From NCBI GenBank assembly GCA_963749155.1, contig CAVVLO010000002.1, positions 1,408,001 through 1,472,000 of the forward strand: 64,000 nucleotides of DNA. Direction: 5' to 3'. Under the pieces are notes generated by a model. That model saw only the letters and a list, made by a program, of their open reading frames with translations. It was not told where the DNA came from and ran no database searches. A program made the translations under genes and the position numbers. Source of the DNA: an uncultured Armatimonadia bacterium. GTDB taxonomy: Bacteria > Armatimonadota > Zipacnadia > CAVVLO01. Positions 31,834 to 42,377 of the stretch are shown here, piece after piece (position 1 is the stretch's first letter; every line of letters starts with the position of its first letter).

Positions 31834-31865
31834 GTATATGTGCATATGTGCATATGCGCATATGT
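31834..31865. repeat. 4 x 8-bp tandem repeat (GCATATGT)
   Basis: GTATATGT GCATATGT GCATATGC GCATATGT. Confidence 0.85.
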
Positions 31866-31883
31866 ACCCAGGAAGAAGACTGG

Positions 31884-32721
31884 CTACAGCAGCGACTCTT
31901 CCTGCCGGAAATGCGCGGGGACGCTGACCTCGGCATCGTCTATGCCGCTTGTGCGCACCCACTCATAGGTCGCCGTGGCATCCAGCCATTTGCCCGACTG
32001 AGAGGACGCCAGCGGTAGCCCTGTCGCCTTGTCCACGGTGATGGCCAGATAGGTGCTGCCCTTGCCCGGCCTCGAACACCCAGACCGGCCTGCCGTTATA
32101 GACTTCCTCCGAGACGCGCTTGTCGGGCAGCACTTCGTAAGTCTCGGCCAGGCTCTTGGGGGTCACGCCTGCGCCCATCAGGCCCGCAAGGCCCATCAGC
32201 CCAGACACATCGCTGTAACTTTTACCTTGATAATCAAGGGCCCAGGTCTTGCCCGTGCGTTCATCGTAGAGGGTAGAACCCTCGCCCCCGGGGCTGTCGA
32301 CTCGCAGCAGAGGCCCTTTGCACACCACGTGAAATTTGCCTATCCCCGCCAGAGTCACCCACAGCTCGAACTCGGTGGGCATCCGCAGCACATCGCCCAG
32401 GGTGGGCATCTGGGGGCCAGGCGGTGGGGCCGGTGGATTGGTGGCTTCGAATTCACTCGGGGGATTTTCACTGGAGGCGGGCGGTGCAGGGTTGGCCGCA
32501 AAAGGGCTTGGCCCCTGGTTGCCAGGTTCCAGGTCCTGGCCTTGCGCCCAGTTGGGCGTGTTTCCTGGGCCAGACTCGGGCACAGGCGCGCTGGCCTTGC
32601 CGAGTACAAAGGCAGCAAATACCGCAGCGCCAAGTAGCACGACGAAGGCTAGTATCAGCAACGCGAGTGGAGCTTTGGAACGTTGTTCTCCCGGTGGGGG
32701 AGCCTTCTCCACTTCTCTCAC
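31884..32721 (-). CDS. Membrane-anchored LolA/DUF4412-like protein; frameshift near 32070, 3' end uncertain
   Basis: N-terminal TM helix, Pro-rich linker, LRVD; shifted frame gives ITVDKATGLPL..IDDAEVSVPAHF. Confidence 0.6.
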
Positions 32722-32765
32722 CTGCCGCAAAGAGGGGGCCGAAGCCCCCTCCTCGCACCAAAGGC

Positions 32766-33527
32766 CTAGTTGGGCATAAACTCCTGAAGCTGCTTCATCT
32801 GCTCCGGCGTCATCTTGCTCATATCGGTCATATCTACCTTCATTACTTTGAATCCAGCCGGCGCTTCGAAATCCGAATCCGGTACGGAGTTTACATCAGA
32901 GACCTTCCAGGTAACGACCTCGGCGTTGTCGCCGCCGGTCATCTCGGTCTTGAGGGGAAGCCCCCATTCCTGGTCGATCCAGCTCTTGGACAGGTTCTTG
33001 CCTTCGCCATCGGCATACTCGATGTACCATACCTTGCGCCCATCAAGCTCGGTCTCGCTGAACTTGGCGTTGGGATCTTTGGCCAGAATACCCTCGATCT
33101 CTTCGGAAGGATCAATTGTCTGGGTTTCGGAGTCGCCGGTCTTCATCTCGAGAGCGGCCTTCTTGTCCACATCCACCATCAACATAAGGCTTCCCGCCAT
33201 GTCGATGACCTGATATTTACCGGGTTTGGTGAGGTCTTCGATACGGATCTTGTCGCCCTTCATTGACATTTTCATAGTGCCGCCGCCCTCAGCGCGCTCG
33301 GTTATGATCTCGGCGCGCCAGCTCTTCAGCTCTTTGGCTTTGGCTGACATCTGCGCGGCAAGGGCTGCGAAATCACCTGGAGCTGCTACGGGCGCCGGGG
33401 GCTTGATGTTCTCCGCGCCAGCGGGAACTTCCGGCGGGCCTTCGGTCTTCTTGGGCGAGCAGCCAACCAGCAGGCTCACCACCAGGGCAATCACTACCAA
33501 CAGCACGACCAGCTTGGTAACTTTCAT
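32766..33527 (-). CDS. LolA/DUF4412-like lipoprotein
   Basis: Lipobox LVGC; KGDKIRIE, WIDQEWGLPLK, NSVPDSDFEAPAGF. Confidence 0.75.
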   Translation of the reverse strand: MKVTKLVVLLVVIALVVSLLVGCSPKKTEGPPEVPAGAENIKPPAPVAAPGDFAALAAQMSAKAKELKSWRAEIITERAEGGGTMKMSMKGDKIRIEDLTKPGKYQVIDMAGSLMLMVDVDKKAALEMKTGDSETQTIDPSEEIEGILAKDPNAKFSETELDGRKVWYIEYADGEGKNLSKSWIDQEWGLPLKTEMTGGDNAEVVTWKVSDVNSVPDSDFEAPAGFKVMKVDMTDMSKMTPEQMKQLQEFMPN

Positions 33528-33649
33528 GCTTCCCCCTCCTGGAGACGGCTTTGCCGCCCATATATGCACATCCTAACCATTGTACCTGTCCTTTCGATAA
33601 AAAGGCAGTAGCTGATATCAGGGGAGGAGGACAAATTAGCAGCCCAGCT

Positions 33650-34892
33650 TCAACTGTCAGGCCCTCTGGCCAGGGCTGACCAGGCTTCTCCAGTTGGAGA
33701 GCTGATGCCCTGGTAGAGGTTCGAGGCTACAGTCCGGTTGACTAGCGGGACGATTTGCGCAGGCAGAAGGCCTGAAGTTTGAGGTGAATAGTCCAGATAG
33801 CCGAAGAAATAAGTTGACCAGAAAGGCGAGAGATACTCGAAACCTTCACTTCGGCCAAGCAAAGCAAGCGCCTGGAGAAACTTCGCGTCCAGCGGCGCCC
33901 AGAAGGAGAAGGCGTCGCGCGCAAAAGCAGTGGCGTCAGTTGCGCCATTGATGCCTTCGGCGCCCTCTGTCTTGTAGCACCAGGCCTCACCCACCACGAT
34001 GCCCTTGCCATATTGGCGGGCAAGCCGGGCGGATTCCATCGCGCGCGCGAACTGGTCGTCCCTCAAAAAATAGAAATGCAGGTTGAGGAAGTCCACCCCC
34101 GCATCGCGCAGAAACCCCTCAGCCAGCTCTCTCCACTGGGGATGCCAGGTTCCAAAGCCAGCCCCCACTTTCATATTTGGCAGGCCTAGTGACTTAAGCG
34201 CAACAACGAAACGGCCAACCATCGGTATCTGCACCGCGGGTTCGTCCACCGGCAGGCCGGTGACCGTCTGCATCGTGTCAGATTCCTCCGCAACGGTGAA
34301 CCAGTCAGGCTGCAAGGCTTCGGCGATGAGCTTGAACATCCCGGTGCGCCTTGCCTCGAAGGTGGCTAGATCGAGCGTATGGTAGTAATCCTCTACCGGC
34401 AGGGACGAATAAGCCTTATTGGTGAAGACCTGGGAGCTTTCGACAATTACCTTTAGCCCGTACTGGCGAGCCACGGCGACTCTTGCCTTGTAGAAGGCCA
34501 GCAGCTTGTCTACCGTGTCGGCCGGCTGGCCCATATATTCGTAATAGGCCGGGTCGAGAAGAGGGAAATTTACATCGAAGGTGACCCCTTTCAAGCCCAG
34601 CTCGGAGAAGCGCTGCAGCATCAGGTCGGCGGTGGTGGCGGTACTCGGTATGAGCAGTCTGAGGCCCATATTGGCATTGGCGGGCAGCAGCGAAGTGGCG
34701 AAGACTGGCTCCGCAAGGACTGGTTTGCCGGCGGAAGCTGTCAGGATAGCGGTCAAGGGTGGCTTCGAGGCCAGTGTAGAGAGCCTGATACTCGGCTGGC
34801 ACAGTCGGACTGGTTGCCAGGGCATCGGCGTTGCAACCGGCGGTCGCCAGCGCGCAAGTGACAAGGGCCAGGAGTGAAATCCACCGGATCAT
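33650..34892 (-). CDS. Lipoprotein with glycoside-hydrolase-like TIM barrel; frameshift near 34745
   Basis: Lipobox TAGC; VAEESD, DFLNLHFY, VVGEAW resemble a clan GH-A pattern. Confidence 0.6.
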
Positions 34893-35003
34893 CAGGCTAC
34901 CACTTCCTCTCAAAAGCGGAGGGCTGACACCAAACCACGCCCCCCAGGTTGCTCTAGGACGCACGGGAAGGGTGAAGGGTTCACCGAGGCGGCTCTGAGA
35001 AGT

Positions 35004-35792
35004 CTACTTTGTGACCCCCAGCGCCTGGAGAGTCCTCTCGACAGCCACCGGATTGGTCGGGTCGCCTCGCTTCGCTTCGACCTGCTTGAAATCGGCAGGC
35101 GGGCGCGCCTCGCTTTCGGGCACATTGTTGACGTCGCTGTAGGTCGCTGAGGTGACCAGCAGGTGGCTTTCCATATCTGTTTCCGTTTGGAGCGGCAGTC
35201 CGGTCGACTTGTCATACCACCACGTCTGTCTGGAGTGGGGCTCGGTCACCAGGACGGCCTTGTAGGCCGGCTGACCGTCCAGTTTTGCTTCAGTCAGCTT
35301 GGGCGGGACTGGGTATAAGGTCCGGCTGCTAGCCTCGGGCAAGGTTCCCCACGGGGGCGATGGAGAGGTGTGCAACCTGTAAGTGGTCTTCGTCGTGAGG
35401 TCGGCGAGGTACCTTTCGGAGCTGCCCGAGTCGAGGCGGTGATAGTAATGCCTGAAGTTGGGCTCATCGTCGCTCCACCAACTAGCCCAGGCGCCAGACT
35501 TGACACTATGCTGGAGTGGGCTCTTTACTCCGTTACGTACCTCAGAGGTGGTCTTGCGCAGGCTCTTGACGGTGTCTCCCTTGGCTCGCAACTCGTCCCA
35601 GAGCTTGCGGTCATCCTCGTCGCCCCAGATCAGGCCTTCTCCAAGAGGAACTGGATTGGTCGCCCGAGGCAAGGGCGGGTAAGGTGGCATCGGGGCCTCG
35701 GACTGGGTCTGGCTCGGTTGACAGCCTGCGAGCAGGCAACCTGACAGCAACCCTGCGATCAGGGCGCTGAAGCAAAACAGGATGCGTCTCAT
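35004..35792 (-). CDS. LolA-like lipoprotein
   Basis: Lipobox LAGC (or LSGC); WYDKSTGLPLQ, YSDVNNVPESEARPPADF. Confidence 0.7.
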   Translation of the reverse strand: MRRILFCFSALIAGLLSGCLLAGCQPSQTQSEAPMPPYPPLPRATNPVPLGEGLIWGDEDDRKLWDELRAKGDTVKSLRKTTSEVRNGVKSPLQHSVKSGAWASWWSDDEPNFRHYYHRLDSGSSERYLADLTTKTTYRLHTSPSPPWGTLPEASSRTLYPVPPKLTEAKLDGQPAYKAVLVTEPHSRQTWWYDKSTGLPLQTETDMESHLLVTSATYSDVNNVPESEARPPADFKQVEAKRGDPTNPVAVERTLQALGVTK

Positions 35793-35814
35793 ACAGGGCC
35801 TCCCTGGCCAGGGG

Positions 35815-36798
35815 CTACATACCCCCTCCCATCAGTGCTTGCAGTTCCTTTTCTAGCTCAGGGGGTATCTTCCCCTGAGCGTCCGGCTTGATCTCCTTGA
35901 TCGTATAGCTGGTGGGCAGTTTCGCTTCGCTCTCGGGCACCGCGTTAAGGCCGCTGTAGGTGAACTTGGTGGTCACAGTCTGGTCGCCCATTGTCTGCTC
36001 TTGCTTGATGGGCAGGCCCTTCGCCTTGTCCATCCAGAGGGTGATCTTGAATCCCTCGCCCATCGTGAGCGTCGCCTTGTAGACCGACTGGCCACCGAGG
36101 ATGGCCTCGGTGATCTTGGGGGGCGTGGGCAACATATCGAGCATTGAGCTGCTCTCCTTCGACTTTAGCAACTCGCTGGTTTCGGGCGGCAGGACCATCT
36201 TGTAGGCGACCTTCTTGGCGTCGTTGGCCAGGTAGATAGAACCCTCGTCGGTGTTCACATACTGCTTTGCCCCCGGGGTGGCGCTGTTTTCCACTTTGGT
36301 CCAGGCGCCAGAGGTCACCGCTTTTGAGGTTATTGTCTTGCCTGGGCCCATCGTCATCGTCGTCGTGGTGCGTATACTCTTTACAGACTTCTGCTTCGCC
36401 AGGAGGGTCTCCAGCAACTTCTTGTCGGCCTCATCGCCCCCAGATATTTTGGGCTTGGACGCGGCGGTGTTGCCGGGCGCGGGCTTCACAACCGTATTAC
36501 CAGGCGCAAGGGGAGCAGGTTTTACACTGGGCAACGCCTGCAGATCACCTGGCAGTTTTGGCTCCGCGTTGGTCGGCTGGGGCGCCGGGCCGGCGTTGTT
36601 CGGCGCGGGTGGCTGCTCAGGCGACAGTTTGGAGTCGTCTCCAGGTGCTGGCGAGCTCGCGTCAGGTTGGGACTGCGCGACCGCCTCAGCAGGCGGGGCA
36701 GCTTCTTCGTTCAGGGCCTGCTTGCTGGAGCAGCCGGCAAGCAGCGAGAGAGACAGAGCAAGTGCCAGGAGCGTGAGCCAGTGTAAGGCGCGTTTCAT
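35815..36798 (-). CDS. LolA-like lipoprotein with Pro/Ala-rich linker
   Basis: Lipobox LAGC; WMDKAKGLPIK, YSGLNAVPESEAKLP. Confidence 0.7.
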   Translation of the reverse strand: MKRALHWLTLLALALSLSLLAGCSSKQALNEEAAPPAEAVAQSQPDASSPAPGDDSKLSPEQPPAPNNAGPAPQPTNAEPKLPGDLQALPSVKPAPLAPGNTVVKPAPGNTAASKPKISGGDEADKKLLETLLAKQKSVKSIRTTTTMTMGPGKTITSKAVTSGAWTKVENSATPGAKQYVNTDEGSIYLANDAKKVAYKMVLPPETSELLKSKESSSMLDMLPTPPKITEAILGGQSVYKATLTMGEGFKITLWMDKAKGLPIKQEQTMGDQTVTTKFTYSGLNAVPESEAKLPTSYTIKEIKPDAQGKIPPELEKELQALMGGGM

Positions 36799-36816
36799 TA
36801 GGCCCTCCTTGGAATA

Positions 36817-39326
36817 TCAGCCTCGATTGTCCCAATCCACTTGCAACCGCCCGAGGGGGTCACTCACTCGCTGGCGGTAAGTCAGCATCACCTGACGGGT
36901 CGTATTGGGCGCCAGATCGAACCAGTTGTCCGACAGCCTGACCACCGGCTCATCGGGCAAGAAACGCACCTGACGGGCTAGTGCCGCTCCAGCGCTTACG
37001 GTCAGCTTCACTTGCTGAGGTCGGTCGCTGACAAGCTCGGCCTCGAAACTGACCTCGGCAGGCGGGAAGGACAGCTCTTTATGCTGGCGACTGAACCAGA
37101 AGCGCTCGGTTAGCAGCGCGCCATCCTCCTCCATCAACCTGGCCCAGAGCAACTCGTCAGGTGCGAAATCGGCGGTCTCGTACCTGGCAATAAGCTGAGC
37201 CGAATCAGGCGCTACTTCGATATGCTTTACCTCGCGAGAACGCGGCGCTCCTCCAAAGGTAAGGCGTTCTACCTCCAGGGTCAGATTCAAAGGAAGCTGC
37301 CGGTCGTTCACAATCCAGGCGGTGACACTGCCGTCCGGCTCGTCCTGGAAGCTGCAGATGACCGGCTGATTGGCCCGCTTCACATAATAATAGCCCGGTT
37401 TCACCGCGCGGTCGAATTGCAATATCGAGTTGCAGATGCACGGCCAGGTGTCGGCGAGCTTCCAGTAGAGGTACCCTCCGCACAGCCACTTGCGCCGGCG
37501 GAAATGCTCCAGCGCGTATTGCTGGAAGGTCGCCTGGGCCAGTTGCTGCAGCGAGACGAACTCTTCCAGAGTGTCGGCGGCGCCGAATTCGTCCAGTGTC
37601 GCCCACAGCTTGCCGGTAACATCAATTGAGCAATCCTCGAGATCGCCCCCGTGGAAGCGCCAGACGTCGTTCTCGATGGGCCAGAGGGCCTCTTTCGGGA
37701 TGAACTGTTCTGAGCAGGTCGAGGTTGGGGACGCCATACCGGCCGAACTCGGTCAGGAAGCGACCTGTCTCCTCATTGAAGCTACGGTGAGAGGCCTTGC
37801 CATGCCAGCAGTCCCAGTTGTGGATATTGCCCGACAGGCGCGAGTAAGGATGCTCGTTGTTGCGGCTCATCGGGCTGCTGGGCAGGTAATAACGGGTGGG
37901 ATCGAGTTCGTCGCACAAGCGCTTTGTCAGTTCGTGGGAGATAAGGTTGTGCTTCCAGGTGTCGGTGCCAAAGGCGCCCCAGAAGCACATATCTATCTCG
38001 TTGTCGCCGCACCATAGCGCAATCGAGGGGTGGTTGCGCAGCAGGCGGAAGAGTTCGCGTTCTTCTTTCTCGACCAGCGCCATAAACTCCGCGTCGTCCT
38101 GGGGATAAAGGCCACAGGCGTAGAAGAGGTCATGCCAGAGCATAATCCCAAGCTCATCGCAGGTCTCGTAGAAGGCGTCGTGTTCGCGCAGGCCGCCGCC
38201 CCAGACGCGCAGCATATCAGCGTTGAGGGCCAGCATATGCTCCAGTGCCCAGCGATAGTCCTCGCGGTCGAGGCGCGAGGGGATGGCTTCCAGTGGCTGC
38301 CAGTCGAAGCCTTTCACGAAGTGAGTTTGTCCGTTGATGGTGAAAATGAAGGACGTGCCGCCGTCCTCCTGAGGTTCCTCCAACACGGCGATCTCGCGCA
38401 CCCCCACGCGAAGGCGGCGGGAGTCCGTCACCTGGCTTCCTTCTTTTACGCGCGCCTCGAGGTTGTAGAGATGGGGTTCGCCTTTCGTGTGGGGCCACCA
38501 CAGTCTGGGACTTGCCAGATCGAAAGTGAGCACCTCCGACAGGCGGTCGGCTGCGCCAAGCCTTACTGGGACGCTGACTTGGGCGATAAAGTCTTCACAA
38601 GAGAGTTCGCACTGGACATCGGCCTCGAGGGAGCGCGGCGCGGGGTTGAAGACCGTGACCTCGACCTCGACACTTGCCTGGTTCAGGCTCTGGACCCGGG
38701 TTGTGACGTGGACATCTTCGATGCGCGGGCCGGAATGGGCCTCAATCCAGACTGGCCTGAAGGGGCCGGCGGTGATTACGCGGGGCACATTGTCCCAGCC
38801 GAAGCTCATCGCCGATTTGCGCACCCAGTTGCGGTATTTGAGGGAGAAGCCCTGGACTACCGAGAGGTCTTTGCCGTGTTCATCCACCCAGAGAGCGGGC
38901 GGCCGGAAGCGGATCAGCAGCTCGTTTCGCTCCCCATAGCGCGCCTCATGGGTGATGTCGAACTCCCAGGGGATGAACTGGTCATGGGCCTCCCCAAGCA
39001 GTGTGCCATTGAGATAGACCTCGGCGATGGTGTCCAGGCCTTCGCAGTGCAAAATCAGCCAGCTTCCAGCCAACTCACCAGGCGCCTCGAAAAAGGTGCG
39101 ATACCAGAAATCGCGCTGTTCCATCCAGTAGCTCTCGCGAAACTGCATCCCGATGATAGGGATCGGAGATGCGTCCCGCTTTCAGATAGACGTCATGGAC
39201 CTCACTGGGGGCTGTACAGGGCACTGAATCAGCCCAGAAAGCCTCTGAGAAAGCCTTTTCAGGGGCGACATCGGGCGCACAGTCGGTAAGTTGCCAGTCC
39301 TGGCACAAGGAGATTCGAGAACTCAT
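36817..39326 (-). CDS. GH2 beta-mannosidase; frameshifts near 39150 and 37720
   Basis: EGLDTIAEV, RKSAMSFGWD, LRVWGGG, LRNHPSIALWCGDNE, FLTEFG, YWKLADTWP. Confidence 0.9.
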
Positions 39327-39426
39327 TGGGGCCTCCAAAAGTCGTTCGCAGTCACCTGGGTGTATGGCAGGTATATTCGGCCTGGCAAGGGGGCTTCCTT
39401 TCGCTTCAGAGAGGGAAACAAGGTCC

Positions 39427-39642
39427 TTTTGCACAGTTTTCCACAGGCAAAAAGGCCTTCTGTGGATAACTTGGCAGAGCCTGGGGAAGGGCACATCCGT
39501 TCGCAGGCACAGAAGCCCAATATACCGTGCGAAGGGCGTGGTGACGCCATTCAGGAGACTCAGTCGGCCTCGGGAGCCAGAGTGAGGTGTTACGAGTCGA
39601 GGACGCCTGGGAAGGCCTTCAGAGGCCAAAGGCTGTGGACAA
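39427..39642. promoter_or_regulatory. DnaA-box cluster in a 500-bp intergenic gap
   Basis: TTTTGCACA 39427, TTTTCCACA 39437, TGTGGATAA 39461, TGTGGACAA 39634. Confidence 0.65.
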
Positions 39643-39829
39643 CTGCTTCCTGGAATTAACAGAACGTAAACAATTGCCTGTGCGAGGCCTTTTTCGGGCA
39701 AACAGGGCGCAACAGCCTCTGAGGAGAGGGCCTTCTGAAGGGTGCTCCGAGGCTCGCCAGGAGGGCGAAATCGCCCTCCATCCGGCTGATCGTGTTACTT
39801 ATATCCTTCGAAACAAGGCTGCTTGCCGG

Positions 39830-40642
39830 CTAGTCCATCAGATACTGTTCGATGGCTTCGGCGACGGCGCCTTCATCATTGCTTGCGACGAGGGCATCGG
39901 CTTGCTGGAGCACTGTCTCGCGTGAATTGGCCGGCGCCAGGGTGAAGCCGCACAGGCGGAACATCGGCAGGTCGTTGTAGTTGTCGCCCATGCAGGCGCA
40001 TTCCTCGAAGGGGACGCCGTAATGCCTGGCGACCTCGGAGAGGGCTTCTCCCTTGGACACCAGCGGATGCATAAACTCGACGTATTCAGGCTCCGAGATG
40101 GTGATATACATCTCGCCGCCCCACAGGCCGGAGAACTCCTGATAACGCTGTTTGATTTCTTCGGGATTACCTAGTATGAGGATCTTCTCCGGCTCTCTGC
40201 CATCGAATATATGCAGGTCTGGCGCTGCCTGCATCGGGCTGCTGGTGCGCCGGACGTAAAGCTGCGAGAGGGGCGCGGTCGGGTCGGGATTGAAAAGCTC
40301 GCCCTCGATATAGTAATTGGCAAGCCAGCCGCGTTCACAGATGACATCCACGACTTTCTGGGCTTTTTCGGCGGGCAGCGGGCGCCTGTAGAAGATATCG
40401 CCAGCCTCGTCCATTATGAGAGCGCCGTTGCAGGCGATGAGCGGGCCCCGGAAACCAAGCTGATCGTAATAGCTCTTGATGGCAGCGGCCATCCGGCCCG
40501 AGTTCAGCACCACGATGCCGCCTTCTTCCTTGTAGCGACGCAGGGCGCTTATGTTGGGTTCTACCAGGTCACTTTTGGAATCGAGCAGCGTGCCGTCCAT
40601 ATCTATTGCGAACAATTTGTATTTGAGGCCCAAGCAAATCAA
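39830..40642 (-). CDS. Cof-type HAD-IIB hydrolase
   Basis: DMDGTLL, NSGR, SKGEAL, GDNYNDLPM. Confidence 0.93.
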   Translation of the reverse strand: MICLGLKYKLFAIDMDGTLLDSKSDLVEPNISALRRYKEEGGIVVLNSGRMAAAIKSYYDQLGFRGPLIACNGALIMDEAGDIFYRRPLPAEKAQKVVDVICERGWLANYYIEGELFNPDPTAPLSQLYVRRTSSPMQAAPDLHIFDGREPEKILILGNPEEIKQRYQEFSGLWGGEMYITISEPEYVEFMHPLVSKGEALSEVARHYGVPFEECACMGDNYNDLPMFRLCGFTLAPANSRETVLQQADALVASNDEGAVAEAIEQYLMD

Positions 40643-41548
40643 CTCCGGTCTTTCATCAGTGAGAGCGCTCTTTGGGCGGTCTCGGCGTGCAATTCTACTG
40701 TCGTATCAAGCTGGGGGCTGTAGCCGCCCCCAAGCACCAGCGCGACCCCTGCGCCAAACTGGCGCGCCAGTTCGAAAACCAGCTTGTCGCGCTCGGCCAG
40801 GCCCTGGCGCGTGACGTGAAGGCCGCCAAGCTCATCCTCTTCGAACACGTCAACGCCCGCCACATAAAGCAGCAGGTCAGGCTCGAAGCGCGCCGCGAGC
40901 TGATGCAGACCGCTGGCCAGGGCATCAAGATACTCGGAATCCCCCGCCCAACTCGGCAGGCCGATATCCAGGTCGCTTGCGGGCTTCTCCTTCGGATAAT
41001 TGCGCTCTTCATGCAGGCTGAAGGTGAAGCAGCTCGGCTCGCTTGCGAGCAGGCTGGCCGTCCCGTTGCCCTGATGCAGGTCAGAGTCTACGACTGCCAC
41101 GCGCGACGCATAACCATACAACAGAGCGGCCCGGGCCGCAACTGCCACATCGTTAAGCACGCAGAAGCCTTCTCCCCGGTCCGCGAAGGCGTGGTGGAAG
41201 CCGCCCGACAGGTTGAAGCCGACTCCGTTGCGGCTTGCGAGCTCGCAGGCCTGGATGGTGCCACCAGTCGCAAGTCGCTGGGCGCGCAGCACCTCTCGGT
41301 TGATGGGGGTGTCGGGCGCAAGTCTGGCGCCTGGCTCCTCGGCGAGGCGCTCAAGCCGGGCAAGGTATTCTGGCGTATGGACCAGCAGCAGTTCGGCTTC
41401 TGTAGCGAGTCGGGCGGGCAGGAATTCGGCTTCAGTAAGCAAGGCCTGATTCGAGCAGGCGCTCTTTAAGCAACACGTATTTCGAAGAACGGAAGATATG
41501 CCGGCCCATATCGGCCTGGTAGTCATCGGAGTAGACGGCGAATTCCAC
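40639..41548 (-). CDS. Histone deacetylase family protein; frameshift near 41443
   Basis: HIFRSSKY, GGFHHA, GFC, DSDLHQGNG, GGGY. Confidence 0.9.
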
Positions 41549-41561
41549 GCGCTCGGGCTCC

Positions 41562-42218
41562 CTAGAGCAGCGACCTGGCCTCGTGCATACGCTCGGGGTC
41601 CAGCTCGGTGTCGGCAATGAAGCCGCAGATGGAATTGATGGCCAGCAGTTCGTCCAGCTTTTCGGCGAGTTCGGGGCTTTTGCCGATGGCTTGCTTCAGC
41701 CAGGCGGCGAGGATGAAGGTGAAGCGCTCCACCGTGGGCATACTGATGCTGGTGAGGTCGGCCGTCTGGGCAGCTTCGGCTTGCCCGGTCAGCACTCGGC
41801 AGAGGTTAAGCCGGTGGCCATCCATATGCGCGGACCGTCCAAACAGGCGGCACAAAGATGGTCTGGCTTCGTAAACCGAGCAACCTGTCTCGGTGACGAA
41901 GGGGCAAGCCTGCACCAGGCCCGGCGTGATGACCGCGCCGCGCTCATCAATATCACTGGCCTCGAGGGGAGAGGTTGCTACCTGGGCTTTGGCCTGGGCG
42001 ACGAATTCTGCCACCTGCTCAGGGGTGAAATGCTCTCGCACCCAACTGGCGAGCTGCTCGAACTCAAGCCGCGTAATCAGGAAGATACTGGTGTTGCAAC
42101 AGAGGGTGCAGCCAGCCGGACAGCGGAGGAAAGGATATTTGACCTCCAGCTCGTCGATGTTGCGGTCCAGGTAGTCGTAGAAACGCTCCAGGACGTCAGT
42201 AAGGGCAGGTTCCATCAT
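41562..42218 (-). CDS. YkgJ-family cysteine-cluster protein
   Basis: CPAGCTLCC, CPF..GCSVYEARPSLCR. Confidence 0.85.
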   Translation of the reverse strand: MMEPALTDVLERFYDYLDRNIDELEVKYPFLRCPAGCTLCCNTSIFLITRLEFEQLASWVREHFTPEQVAEFVAQAKAQVATSPLEASDIDERGAVITPGLVQACPFVTETGCSVYEARPSLCRLFGRSAHMDGHRLNLCRVLTGQAEAAQTADLTSISMPTVERFTFILAAWLKQAIGKSPELAEKLDELLAINSICGFIADTELDPERMHEARSLL

Positions 42219-42249
42219 CAGGTTAGGTTGGCCGCGCGCTTTGGGAGGA

Positions 42250-42339
42250 TGGCGGAGAGGGAGGGATTCGAACCCCCGGGGTGGGTAACCACCCAGCGGT
42301 TTTCAAGACCGCCTCCTTCGGCCACTCGGACACCTCTCC
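42250..42339 (-). tRNA. tRNA-Ser(TGA)
   Basis: GGAGAGG acceptor stem, GCGGT-CTTGAAA-ACCGC, long variable arm, GTTCGAATC, CCA. Confidence 0.97.
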
Positions 42340-42348
42340 ACTGGAGGA

Positions 42349-42377
42349 ATTGTAGTCCGGACAGGATTTGCAGTCAA
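42349..42377 (-). promoter_or_regulatory. Sigma70-type promoter for tRNA-Ser
   Basis: TTGACT-17bp-TACAAT; the -35 overlaps the ppx stop codon. Confidence 0.8.

Noticed and set aside
31834..31865. dif site or CRISPR array at the convergence point
   Set aside because: No XerD arm (TTATGTTAAA), no spacers and no cas genes.
39075..39701. 208-aa ORF spanning the DnaA-box gap
   Set aside because: Only the part from ATG 39326 resembles a GH2 N-terminus; the upstream extension has no recognisable features.
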